Part shown: positions 32,412 to 42,227 of the stretch, piece after piece
Position numbering within the stretch: the stretch's first letter is position 1
Layout: each line of letters begins with the position of its first letter
NCBI GenBank assembly: GCA_963818475.1
Contig: CAWFSF010000006.1
Location: 1,632,001-1,696,000, forward strand
DNA from: Nitrospirota bacterium
GTDB lineage: Bacteria; Nitrospirota; UBA9217
Reading direction: 5' to 3'
DNA: 64,000 nucleotides
The notes under the pieces: generated by a model
Databases searched by the model: none
What the model was told of the DNA's origin: nothing
The model's input: only the letters and a program-made list of their open reading frames with translations
Program-made: the position numbers and the translations under genes

Positions 32412-34160
32412 TTACTTTCCGCTTGCTGGACCAATGCCCAGCAAGATTGCGTAAAACTTTCCGGCAGCTATGTCATTGATACCTGCAACATCCGGGATCC
32501 TCTCCGGATTGATCTTGGCTGGTTTATTTTTTTGATCCTTGCCCCATACCCATATCGTGCCATCAGACATCAATGCCATGGAATGATACATCCCGGCAGA
32601 GACCCTTTTTATTTTGCTCAAGCCCTCGACCTTGAAAGCCGATGAGCCGTCCGCAACCTTCTTGCCAAGCTGGCTGTACTCGTTCCTGCCCCACGCCCAT
32701 ACACTCCCGTCTGTCTTAAGGGCTAGGGTGTGATTCAGGCCGGCCTGAATATCTACGATACCGGAAAGACCTGCGACCTTGACAGCCTTTAACTGGTTGG
32801 TCTTCGTACCATCGCCCAGCATCCCGTTGATATTCGCACCGAAAGCCCAGACGGTCTTGTCCGATTTCAGCACCACCGTATGTTGCAGACCCGCAGCAAC
32901 ACTGACGGCGTCGGAAATACCCTCTGCCTGCACAGGGCTCACGCGGTCCTTGTTCGAGCCGTCGCCAAGCTGGCCAAATTCGTTCCGGCCCCATGCCCAG
33001 ACCGTACCATCGGACTTGACCGCAACAGAGTGATACATGCCTGCAGCTATCCTCACGACTCCTGACAGGCCGTTGACCCGTACCGGGGTCATGCGGTCAG
33101 CAGTAGAGCCGCTTCCGAGCTGTCCATACGAATTTCCTCCCCACGTCCATACCGTTCCATCAGAAGCGAGCGCGATCGTATGAACCATGCCTGCGGCGAC
33201 ATCAGTGATCTTCCAGAGGTCCTTGACCGCAACAGGAATGCGACTGTCCTGGACAGCGCCGTTCCCCAATTGTCCGTTGGTGTTTCTGCCCCAGGTCCAT
33301 ACAGAGCCGTCGGACCTGAGTGCGATCGCATGTTCGTGACCGGCGGATACCTTTACCACGTTCTCCAGCCCGCCCACGGACAGGAATACATCACGGTCCC
33401 CCGGGGTGCCGTCGCCAAGCTGGCCGAATTCATTCAGCCCTCCGGTCATGACCGTATTCGCCTTCCCCGGCACCCAGCTACGGGCTGGGGGAGAGCCGAC
33501 GCCGGGCTTGCCGAAATCATTCTGTGCTCCGGTTATGGACGCACTCGCCTTGGCCGTCGCAGGCATCGAGCCGCTCCTGACCGGCCAGAGAAATTTGTAG
33601 CTGCAAAAGGACACATAGTCCATCAGCATCTCTCCCGACGCCAGGTCCATGATCCACAGATAATCAATAACGTCCTTTCCCCTGGAGGAGGACCAATAGA
33701 AGTGATTCTGCACATTTTTAAAAGGGTGGCCGACAGGAAGTGCGGGATAGTACCTGGATTTATCAACAAGTGTTTCAAGCTCATCGATCGTTGGAAAACG
33801 CCAGTCGGCGTATCCAAAATTCGGTTTTTTCCCGCTGTTCATGTCCTGGAGATACTGTTTGGCGCCTTCGTTCGGGAGGTGCAGCGTGCTGACATTCGCG
33901 TCTTTGAGCCAGATGAGTCCGGTGTTCTTGTCGAGGATCGTACCATCACCCCTGTCGGTAAAACGCGTACTGACCGGCTCTGCCGACGCTCCCGATTTCT
34001 CGGACTGGACAGGCGGCTGCACAGGGTCGGCGGCCGCCGTTTTTTCCTGGCTTGCTGGTTCCTTGCTTTTTGAAGAGCCCTTTTTGGGTTTTGCGACTGC
34101 TCCAGTCGCCACAAGTGAAGCCATGATAAAACAGACAAAAACAATAACTATTTTACGCAT
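32412..34160 (-). CDS. Secreted DUF1566 (Lcl-like) plus RCC1-repeat beta-propeller protein
   Basis: RFTDRGDGTILDKNTGLIW...WRFPTIDEL...YWSS; about 7 repeats of DGTVWxWGxNxxGQLGxG. Confidence 0.88.
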   Translation of the reverse strand: MRKIVIVFVCFIMASLVATGAVAKPKKGSSKSKEPASQEKTAAADPVQPPVQSEKSGASAEPVSTRFTDRGDGTILDKNTGLIWLKDANVSTLHLPNEGAKQYLQDMNSGKKPNFGYADWRFPTIDELETLVDKSRYYPALPVGHPFKNVQNHFYWSSSRGKDVIDYLWIMDLASGEMLMDYVSFCSYKFLWPVRSGSMPATAKASASITGAQNDFGKPGVGSPPARSWVPGKANTVMTGGLNEFGQLGDGTPGDRDVFLSVGGLENVVKVSAGHEHAIALRSDGSVWTWGRNTNGQLGNGAVQDSRIPVAVKDLWKITDVAAGMVHTIALASDGTVWTWGGNSYGQLGSGSTADRMTPVRVNGLSGVVRIAAGMYHSVAVKSDGTVWAWGRNEFGQLGDGSNKDRVSPVQAEGISDAVSVAAGLQHTVVLKSDKTVWAFGANINGMLGDGTKTNQLKAVKVAGLSGIVDIQAGLNHTLALKTDGSVWAWGRNEYSQLGKKVADGSSAFKVEGLSKIKRVSAGMYHSMALMSDGTIWVWGKDQKNKPAKINPERIPDVAGINDIAAGKFYAILLGIGPASGK

Positions 34161-34378
34161 ATCCTTCCCGCTTTCCTAAAAGGTCGATCGCCGATTGCTT
34201 GTTCAAACGCCCGAGGGAAATTCTCTCAATGACGACCATGAGAACGACCACATCATACACATAATGATGAACAAATGCAAGATTCAGCTTTACAAATGTT
34301 CACTCAATATGTTATTTTGCAAAGTACTGTTCTATTTTTACCGATGCAAAAAACTAAAAATAGGGGAATAAAAAAAAC

Positions 34379-35807
34379 ATGCTCCGAAAAACCTGTTCAA
34401 TCCTGTTTAACGTGTTTTTTATCTCTTTGTCTTTCATCATTTTCGCACAGACCTCGTTTGCAGAGGTAAATGATGACTATGCTCTCAAGATTTCCCTCGA
34501 GAACCAGCTGGAGAAAAAGCTCAAGCAGGTCATCGTGGAGATCACCGGTACGGACAGAGTGGTCATCTTCGTGAACGCCGAACTGTTCTCCGCCCGGGGC
34601 GAGAGAGGCAAAATGCTCGAGAAGAAGAAGACGAACGCGCTGGTGCTTCCCGGAGTCCCGGAAAAAAAGGAGATCGGTTCCGGCCAGTCCGAGATGGTGA
34701 TCGGCGCCGGGAGCAGCAAGTATACGGTCAACAAGATCATCCTTTCCATCTGGATCGACAAGAGCGTGCCCGGGTCCATCGTCGACCTCATCCAGGATAT
34801 CGCCAAGAACGTGATCGGCTTCAATCAGAACCGGGGCGACCAGATCAACGTCAAGAAGGTCGACTTCGAGTCAAAGGGCTTTTTCCGGAGCGCTCTTTGC
34901 GCTGCCGAACTTCTTCTGGCTGATCCTGACGCTGGTCGGCGGCTTCATGCTGGTAACGGTCGGCATGTTCTTCATGGATCCGCTTAAAAAAATCGTGCCG
35001 GCGCTAAAGAACATCGACTGGGGCCTGATCCGCGGAACCGGAGGTTCACCGAGCGGCCGAGCGAACCGATGACATACGAGCGAGAGGTCCTGTCCGGACG
35101 GCCGGCAATCCTAGACAAGGAACCTGCGCCGCTGGCGGGGGCTAAGGATGAAGCCGTTCCCTTCTCCTTCATCCGGGAACGGGACATCCCGTGCCTCGCC
35201 TTCCTGCTGAAGGACAAGACCGCGCAGGACATCGCCATCGTCATCAACTACCTCGACCCGGCCATCGGCATGCGGCTCCTCGAGCTGTTCCCGAAGGACA
35301 AGCAGGTTGAGGTCGCGCTCATCCTCGGCCAGGAAGAGATCAACATGGAAAAGGTGCATGCCCTCGAAGAGATGGTCAAGAGCAGGCTGACCTATGTCGT
35401 CGGCGGCGAGAACAAGCTGATCACCCTGCTCGACATGACCAACGAGGATGTTCGCGACAAGATCGTCAAGACACTGGAGACCAGGGACGCCCAGACCGCG
35501 ACGCGCCTCAAGTCAGAGGATCAAGAGCCTGGAATCGATCATTCGGGAACTGCCTGCTCCCGGCATTCAGACCCTGTACCGGAACATCGATGCCACGCTG
35601 TTCGCCCAGATCCTGAAGGCGTCACCGGAAGACATCCAGCAGAAGGTCATCTCTTCGCTCAGCGCCGGCGCCGCCGAACGGCTCAAGCAGGAAATGGAGC
35701 TGAGCCGACCTCTCTCCGGCGTGCGCCTCCGGAGGGAAAAACAGAACCTGATGGTCCTGGTGCGGCGGCTGATCAGCGAAGGTCTTGTGGAGGTTGAAAA
35801 CAACTAA
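34379..35807 (+). CDS. FliF-RBM3 / TM / FliG middle+C-terminal fusion protein (frameshifted)
   Basis: Signal peptide; LENQLEKKLKQVI..VVIFVNAE..PGV..IGFNQNRGDQINVKKVDF (FliF C-terminal ring motif); TM NFFWLILTLVGGFMLVTVGMFF; PFSFI..LAFLL..QDIAIVINYLDP, VVGG and SLSAGAAERLKQEMEL (FliG). Confidence 0.75.
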
Positions 35808-35808
35808 C

Positions 35809-36631
35809 ATGGAAAAAATGGATAAAATGACCATAATCGGGCTCGTCGCCATCCTGCTGACGATCCTGTATGTACTGGCCGTAGGCAATATCCTGCACAT
35901 GCTCTTCAACCCGCTGGCGCTGATCATCGTGTACGGCGGTACCTTCAGCGCGACCCTGATCGCCTATCCCTGGGCCGTGATCAAGGAGATCGTCCCGTCG
36001 CTGCGGGTCATGCTGTTCCCCAGCAAACATAGCGATCAAGGACATGGAGGACATGATCGCGACGCTTTCGCTCGCTGGCCGAAAAGGCCCGGCGGGACGG
36101 CGTTGAGAGCCTGGCCGGCGAGCTGCCGAAGATCAACGACAAGTTCCTGATCCATGGCATCCAGATGCTCGTTGACGGGCTTGAACACGATGTCATCAAG
36201 GACAACCTCGACCGCGAGATTTTCTATACGCGCCACAACCAGCAGAAGGTCTCGGGCGCCTTCCGGACCATGGCCACGGTCGCTCCCATCTTCGGACTGC
36301 TCGGCACGCTCATGGGCATCGTGGACATGCTGCGGAACCTGTCCAACCCGGCCAGCATGGGCGCCGCCATGTCCAATGCGGTCACGGCGACCTTTTACGG
36401 CATCTTTTCCGCGAACGTGTTCATCCCGATCGCGACCAAACTCTACGGACCACAGCGAGCGCGACATCATCAACAAAGAAATGATCGCCGAAGGCATCAT
36501 GGCGATCCAGCAGGGCGATGTTCCCCTCATCCTGAGGAAAAAGCTGACCGCCTTCATCATGGCCCATATGCAGGCAGAGATCGGATACCGCGTGAACGTA
36601 CATCGTCGACAGAACAGGCTGCCGAGCATGA
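35809..36631 (+). CDS. motA: MotA/PomA-type stator A subunit (frameshifted; 3' end approximate)
   Basis: ALIIVYGGTFSATL, AEKARRDG, FLIHGIQMLVDG, APIFGLLGTLMGIV, ATFYGIFSAN, EGIMAIQQG. Confidence 0.85.
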
Positions 36632-37303
36632 TCGAACAAAGAAAAGAAATCGGCAATATCTGGCTGATCATCTTCTCCGATATCACCACGAACCTGATGC
36701 TCTTCTTTCTCATGCTCTTCGCCATGACGCGCATGACGGCATCGGACAAGCAGATGGTGGTCGCCGGCATGGAGAGCACGGTCGTGAATCAGTCCGCCCG
36801 CGAACAGGCGGAGCTGGAGCGCCAGGCCAAGATGCAGCGCGAAGAAGAGGCGATCAAGCGGCTCCAGCTGGCGGTCGCCGACGGAACGCTTGCGGGAAAA
36901 GCGACGATCAGCGGTGACGGACAAGGCCGTCAATATCGCGCTCAATCCCGAGATCGTTCTTTTCCATCGGCAGCGCCAAACTCAATCCCGGCACGGTCAA
37001 TGTCCTGGAAAGCCTGGTCGGGCCTGATCCAGATGTTCCCCAACGACATCATCATCGAAGGCCATACCGATCACGATACCGGTGCGCGGAGGGGCCTATC
37101 GTTCCAACTGGGAGCTGTCCATTGCGCGGGCCGTCGGGGTCGTCAACTTCTTCACTGCCGGCGGCATCGATCCCCGAAGCAGCTGATCGCCGCCGGCTAC
37201 GGCGAGTTTCATCCTGCCTATCCGAACGATTCGGAAGTCAACCGGGCCAGGAACCGGCGCATCGAGATCACCCTCGTCCGCCAGGCAGAGGAGCACGCAG
37301 TGA
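36628..37303 (+). CDS. motB: MotB-type stator B subunit 1 (frameshifted)
   Basis: WLIIFSDITTNLMLFF TM with Asp; IEGHTD, SNWELSIARA, GYGEFHP, NRRIEI. Confidence 0.82.
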
Positions 37304-37970
37304 TGTCGGTCCTGAAAAAATTCGTACAGTATACGTGAAGAGCACGATGGAGGAGACCGAGCTCTGGATGCTGCCCTACAGCACCCTGATGCTGACGCTG
37401 GTCATCCTTTTCATCATGTTCTACGCCTTTTCCCTGTCCGGTTCCGTGGAATACGAGACCGCGCTCTCCGACCTGGCGTCCACCAACCCGAACGACCCCC
37501 GGGTCAAGCAGATGAAGCAGGAGATCGCGCTGGCGAAGAATATCCGCGATTTCATCGAAAAGAACAAGTTGACGGACAAGATCCAGCTGGTCATGACTCC
37601 GCACTCCATCAAGATCAAGATGGAAAGCTTCGCGCTCTTCGACAGCGGGAGCGCCGACGTGAAGAAGGACATCCTGTTCTTCCTCGACTACCTGAACGAG
37701 CAGTTGAAGCCCATGAACAACATGGTCATCGCCGAAGGGCATACCGATAACGTCCCGATCCACAACCAGCAGTTCGACTCGAACTGGGAGCTGTCATCGG
37801 CCCGTGCCTTCAGCGTCATTTATTTCTTCCTCAATAAAGGCATTGCGCCTGAACGCCTCGTCGCCCATGGCTTCGGCGAGTTCAGGCCTGCCTATACGAA
37901 CGAGACGGAGACCGACCGGGCGAAGAACCGGCGTATCGAGATCACCGTGGTCAGAGGAGCTACAAAGTGA
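37303..37970 (+). CDS. MotB-type stator B subunit 2 lacking the conserved TM Asp
   Basis: WMLPYSTLMLTLVILFIMFYA; LFDSGSA, AEGHTDNVP, SNWELSSARA, GFGEFRP, NRRIEI. Confidence 0.82.
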
Positions 37971-39266
37971 AAAAAATACTTACTCTTGTCATCGGTGCCA
38001 TGCTCTGCATCGCAACCGGTGCCGGGGCCATAACGCCGAAGCAGGTGGAGCGGATCGAGCAGCTGAAGAAGGAGGTCGTCTCGCTCTTTCGGGAGGGCAA
38101 GTTCGAGCAGGCGGCGCCGCTCCTGAACGAGGTCCTGGCCATCGATCCTTTTGACAAGACGGCTGCCCGGTACCTTGCCCTGGCCAAGCAGCAGGCCATG
38201 GAGCCGTACTGCAAGGATGCCGCCGACGCGTTCCAGAATGAGGACTACGCCAAGGCGATCGAGATGTGGGATAAGCTGCTCAAGATGAATCCCGAAGACC
38301 GCCGTCTTCGACAGCCTGATCGATACGACGAAGAACCTGATCACCGACAAGACAACGGCCAAAATGTACCAGCACGCCGAAAAGTTCATCCAGGACGACG
38401 ACTACAAGTCCGCAGTCAACGAACTGGAAAAGATCCTGGCGGTCAGGCCCTACGACCGGCAGGCCAGCAGCCTCCTCAACACTGCCAAGAGCAATGTCGT
38501 CGATGTCCGGACCAAAAAACACTACGATCAGGCCGACGCCTACCTCAAAGAAAAACAATACGACCGCGCCATCGAAGAATGGAAAAAGATCCTCGACATC
38601 GACGATTCCCAGGAAGCCGCCTCACGATACATCGCATCGGCGGTCCGCGAAAAGATGGGCAGCCTCTATGTCGAGGCGAAGCAGGCCTATGAGCGAGGCG
38701 ACTACATAACCTCGCGCGATTCTTACAACAAGATCATTGCGGACAACCCGACAGACCTGGATGTCAAGACGATGATCGCGCGCCTCGACGACGTCATCAA
38801 GGTGTCGCTCAAGATCGACGAGAAAGGCCCGGCCGGCGACATGATGCGCAAGGCAATGACACAGTTCATTGCCGCCGACGGCAACCGCAAAGCATCCATG
38901 GCTGCCGCCTGGTACGCCTTCCAGCTGAACCCGGCACCGCTCACCACCGCGGTCAAAGGATTTCTGGAACTCAAGTACGCTTCTATTTTGACGACCATGG
39001 AAGCGCCGGTCGGCGACATGAACATTATAGACCAGTACCTCTTTACCGCGTTGAACCACATTTATGAAGGCCGGTACGACCTCGCGATCCAGAAGTGCAC
39101 CATCGTCATTGAGCTGCAGCCCAAGAACATTCTGGCGTGGAAGAGGCTCGGATCGGGCTACTATGCGATCGGCAAGAAGGACAAGGCGAAAGAAACCTGG
39201 GAGAAGGCGCTGAAGATGGCGCCTGACGATCCTGAACTGAAGCAGTTCATTCGTCAGGCAAAATAA
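37967..39266 (+). CDS. Secreted multi-TPR protein (frameshift near 38310)
   Basis: GTG start overlapping the motB2 stop; signal peptide; repeated TPR helices; AWKRLGSGYYAIG. Confidence 0.82.
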
Positions 39267-39326
39267 TACAAATAATGCAGACGGAACGCTGATCGTCAGC
39301 CGTTCTGTTCACACGGGACTGCCCGC

Positions 39327-40718
39327 TTAAATAAGCCCGAATCGTTTCATACGACGCCTGAAGGCATCCCGGGGCATTTTCAGCAGCTGGGCAGCTTTGG
39401 TCTGGTTGCCGTTCGCCATGTCAAGCGATTTTCTGACCAGCGCATGCTCAACATCCTCGATCGACAGACCCGACTCGGGAATGACAAAGCCATCCAGGGA
39501 AACAGGCGCGCCCGAGACGCCTCCTGCGGGCGCACCGGTATCAGAAACGCTGTCCAGGAGCTCCTGCGGCAGATGTTCCGGCTGGATCTCGTCCCCGACT
39601 TCCAGGATCATTGCACGCTCGATGACATTCTTCAGTTCTCTCACGTTTCCCGGCCAGGAGTATGCAAGGAGTATCTCTTCTGCGTCCCTGTTGATCCGAT
39701 GAATGTTTTTATGGCACTCCTGGCTGAAATGGTTGATAAAGTGATGTGCGAGCAATAGAACATCACGGCCCCGGTTCCTGAGAGGAGGCAGGGTAATGGG
39801 CACCACCTGCAGGCGATAGTACAGATCCTTCCTGAACTTTCCTTCGCTCATTGCTTTCGATAGTTCCTGGTTCGTTGCCGATACGAGCCGGACATCGACA
39901 GTGATATCCTTTATTCCGCCAACCCGCTTAAAGGTCTTCTCTTCGAGCATTCTGAGCAGCTTTGCCTGCATGCTCATATCCATGTCGCCGATTTCGTCCA
40001 GGAATACGGTGCCGCTGTCGGCGAGCTCGAACAGGCCTTTCTTGGCGGCCTTTGCGTCGGTAAAGGCGCCCTTCTCATGCCCCATAAGCTCGGTCTCGAG
40101 CAGCGTGACCGGCAAAGCGGCGCAGTTGATCGCCATGAACGGCTTGTCCGCCCGCGCACTGCCGTAGTGGATGGCCTTCGCGACAAGTTCCTTGCCCGTG
40201 CCGCTCTCGCCCTGGATCAGCACCGTGGTGGCATCACTTCGGGCAATTTTCCTGATCAGGTTCTTGATCTTGACCATATCATCAGATTCACCCATGATCG
40301 CATCGACCTGTGAGCTGGTTTCCTTCCGGAGTTGTTTGACCTGTGTGCGCAGAGAGCCTGCCTCGAGCGCTTTTTTAATCACAAAGGTTATTTCTTCGAG
40401 ATTGAACGGTTTGCTGATATAGTCATAGGCGCCGAGCTTCAGAGCTTTGACAGCGGTTTCGACCATACCGTAGGCCGTGATCATTATGACCATCAGCCCC
40501 CGCTCCTGCACATGCAGTTTTTCGAGCAGCTCAAGTCCGGTCATTTCCGGAAGCCGGTTATCGAGCAGAATGAGGTCAGGGGTGTCTTCCGTAAGCAGTT
40601 CCAATCCTTTTTCCGCGGACTCTGCCGTGACGACATCGTACCCTTCCTTGACCAGATGCTGTTCCAGCGTCCAGCGAATCAACTTTTCATCATCAATGAC
40701 CAGAATCTTCTGTACCAT
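39327..40718 (-). CDS. sigma54-dependent response regulator (NtrC/AtoC family)
   Basis: Receiver domain, GESGTGKE, GAFTDA, FRKDLYYRL, WPGNVREL, Fis-type HTH. Confidence 0.95.
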   Translation of the reverse strand: MVQKILVIDDEKLIRWTLEQHLVKEGYDVVTAESAEKGLELLTEDTPDLILLDNRLPEMTGLELLEKLHVQERGLMVIMITAYGMVETAVKALKLGAYDYISKPFNLEEITFVIKKALEAGSLRTQVKQLRKETSSQVDAIMGESDDMVKIKNLIRKIARSDATTVLIQGESGTGKELVAKAIHYGSARADKPFMAINCAALPVTLLETELMGHEKGAFTDAKAAKKGLFELADSGTVFLDEIGDMDMSMQAKLLRMLEEKTFKRVGGIKDITVDVRLVSATNQELSKAMSEGKFRKDLYYRLQVVPITLPPLRNRGRDVLLLAHHFINHFSQECHKNIHRINRDAEEILLAYSWPGNVRELKNVIERAMILEVGDEIQPEHLPQELLDSVSDTGAPAGGVSGAPVSLDGFVIPESGLSIEDVEHALVRKSLDMANGNQTKAAQLLKMPRDAFRRRMKRFGLI

Positions 40719-40736
40719 CTATCCTGCTCCTCGCTG

Positions 40737-42227
40737 TTATCCCTTTTGCTCTGACGTCCCCTGCTTCGGATAGGGGAACGTGATCGCGAAGGTCGCCCCA
40801 TTGCCCGCAGAGCTCATGACGCTGATTTCGCCGTTATGCTGTTCAACGATCCGCTGGGTGATCGACAGCCCCAGCCCCGTCCCTTGCTGGCGTGTGGTAA
40901 AGAAGGGGTTAAAGATCCTGTTCAGATTGTCCGTGGAAATGCCTTTACCGCTGTCGGCAAGCATGATCGATACGGATCCGGGAGAGTCCGCCGAAGGGCT
41001 CGCCGATCTGGTCTCTACCGTGAATTTGCCGCCGTTCGGCATCGACTGGATCGCATTCAGCGCAATATTGATCAGCGCCTGCTGTATCAGGTCGGGATCA
41101 AGCGTCAGCCAGGGAAGCCCTGCCGCCAATCTGCGCTCGGTCGTGATGCCTTGTTTGGCGAACTGCGGAGCCAGGAAATCGAGCAGTTTCCCGATCATTT
41201 CGTTGATATCGACCAGCGACATCTTTGGCTCCGGCGGACGGGCGAAGGAGAGCAGATTGCGAACAGCCTTGTCCATCCGTTCCACCTGGGACAAGACCTC
41301 CTCCAGGACGGCCCGCTTCGGTTCACCGACCGGTATCTCTTTTTTCAGGACCTGGATGACGCCTGCAATGCCTGCCAGCGGATTTTTAATCTCATGGGCG
41401 ATGCCTGCCGCCATCTCTCCGATGGAGGCCAGCCGGTCCGCCCGCTTCATTTGTTCAAAATGGTACTGCTCAACCCGCCTGCGGGCGCGCTCAAGCTTCG
41501 ACAGAAGCGAATTAAAGGCTTCGCCGAGACTGCCAATATCGTCGGAGCTTTTCACCTCGACGCGGGCCTCGAGACCGCGTTCGGCACGCTCCATGGTGGC
41601 AATAAGCTCCTGGATGGGGTTGGTAACGAAACGCGTGAGGAACATGGAAAGCGAGATGGCGAGCACTGCCGTGACCCCGAAGGCCCAGAGGAACATCGTT
41701 TTGCTGAGGTCTTCCACCTTTTCCTGGGTCTGCGCCATGGAGACATCAACCGTTAGGATGCCATTCAGCTTGATGATAGAACCGTGGCAGCGATAACAGC
41801 GCTCGTCGTTGTCGATCGGGAACAACACGGAGAAGACGCCCTCGTCCCGACGCTTAATCGGTTTCTTGAACCGTCCCTCAAGGAACCACTTTTGGGTCGA
41901 TGGGTCGACGGACCTCCCAATCATCCCGCGCTTCGAGGATTTAAGGACAACGCCGTTGGGGCTGAAGATCTTCACTTCCTGAATATTATGGTACCCGCCC
42001 ACCGCCTCGATAATATGCTGCACTTCATTGCTCTTGCCGTTCAGCATGGCGTTGGACAGGCTGCGTTCGATGGTATTGGCGATCACCAGCACATTATCTT
42101 CCAAAGCGCCTTCCATCTGCGCCCGCTGGTAGCCGATATTGATCCAGGTCCCGGCACCGATGGTCACGGCGAGGATCGCGGAGACCGAGATGATGATCTT
42201 GCTCTTGAGGCTGGAGATGATCCTCAC
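40737..42227 (-). CDS. Sensor histidine kinase with periplasmic CXXCH and a HAMP domain
   Basis: Two TMs flanking ERCYRCHG; AHEIKNPL H-box; N, G1, F and G2 boxes. Confidence 0.93.
   Translation of the reverse strand: MRIISSLKSKIIISVSAILAVTIGAGTWINIGYQRAQMEGALEDNVLVIANTIERSLSNAMLNGKSNEVQHIIEAVGGYHNIQEVKIFSPNGVVLKSSKRGMIGRSVDPSTQKWFLEGRFKKPIKRRDEGVFSVLFPIDNDERCYRCHGSIIKLNGILTVDVSMAQTQEKVEDLSKTMFLWAFGVTAVLAISLSMFLTRFVTNPIQELIATMERAERGLEARVEVKSSDDIGSLGEAFNSLLSKLERARRRVEQYHFEQMKRADRLASIGEMAAGIAHEIKNPLAGIAGVIQVLKKEIPVGEPKRAVLEEVLSQVERMDKAVRNLLSFARPPEPKMSLVDINEMIGKLLDFLAPQFAKQGITTERRLAAGLPWLTLDPDLIQQALINIALNAIQSMPNGGKFTVETRSASPSADSPGSVSIMLADSGKGISTDNLNRIFNPFFTTRQQGTGLGLSITQRIVEQHNGEISVMSSAGNGATFAITFPYPKQGTSEQKG

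Noticed and set aside
36154-37338. Apparent MotA-MotB fusion ORF of 394 aa
   Set aside because: An ATGA overlap at 36628-36631 suggests two coupled genes joined by an indel. A fusion is also hard to reconcile with 5:2 stoichiometry. Polished reads are needed to exclude it fully.
35809-37970. Zorya (ZorAB) anti-phage system
   Set aside because: MotA lacks the long ZorA tail, there are no zorC/D/E-like genes, and a FliG-like rotor is present instead.
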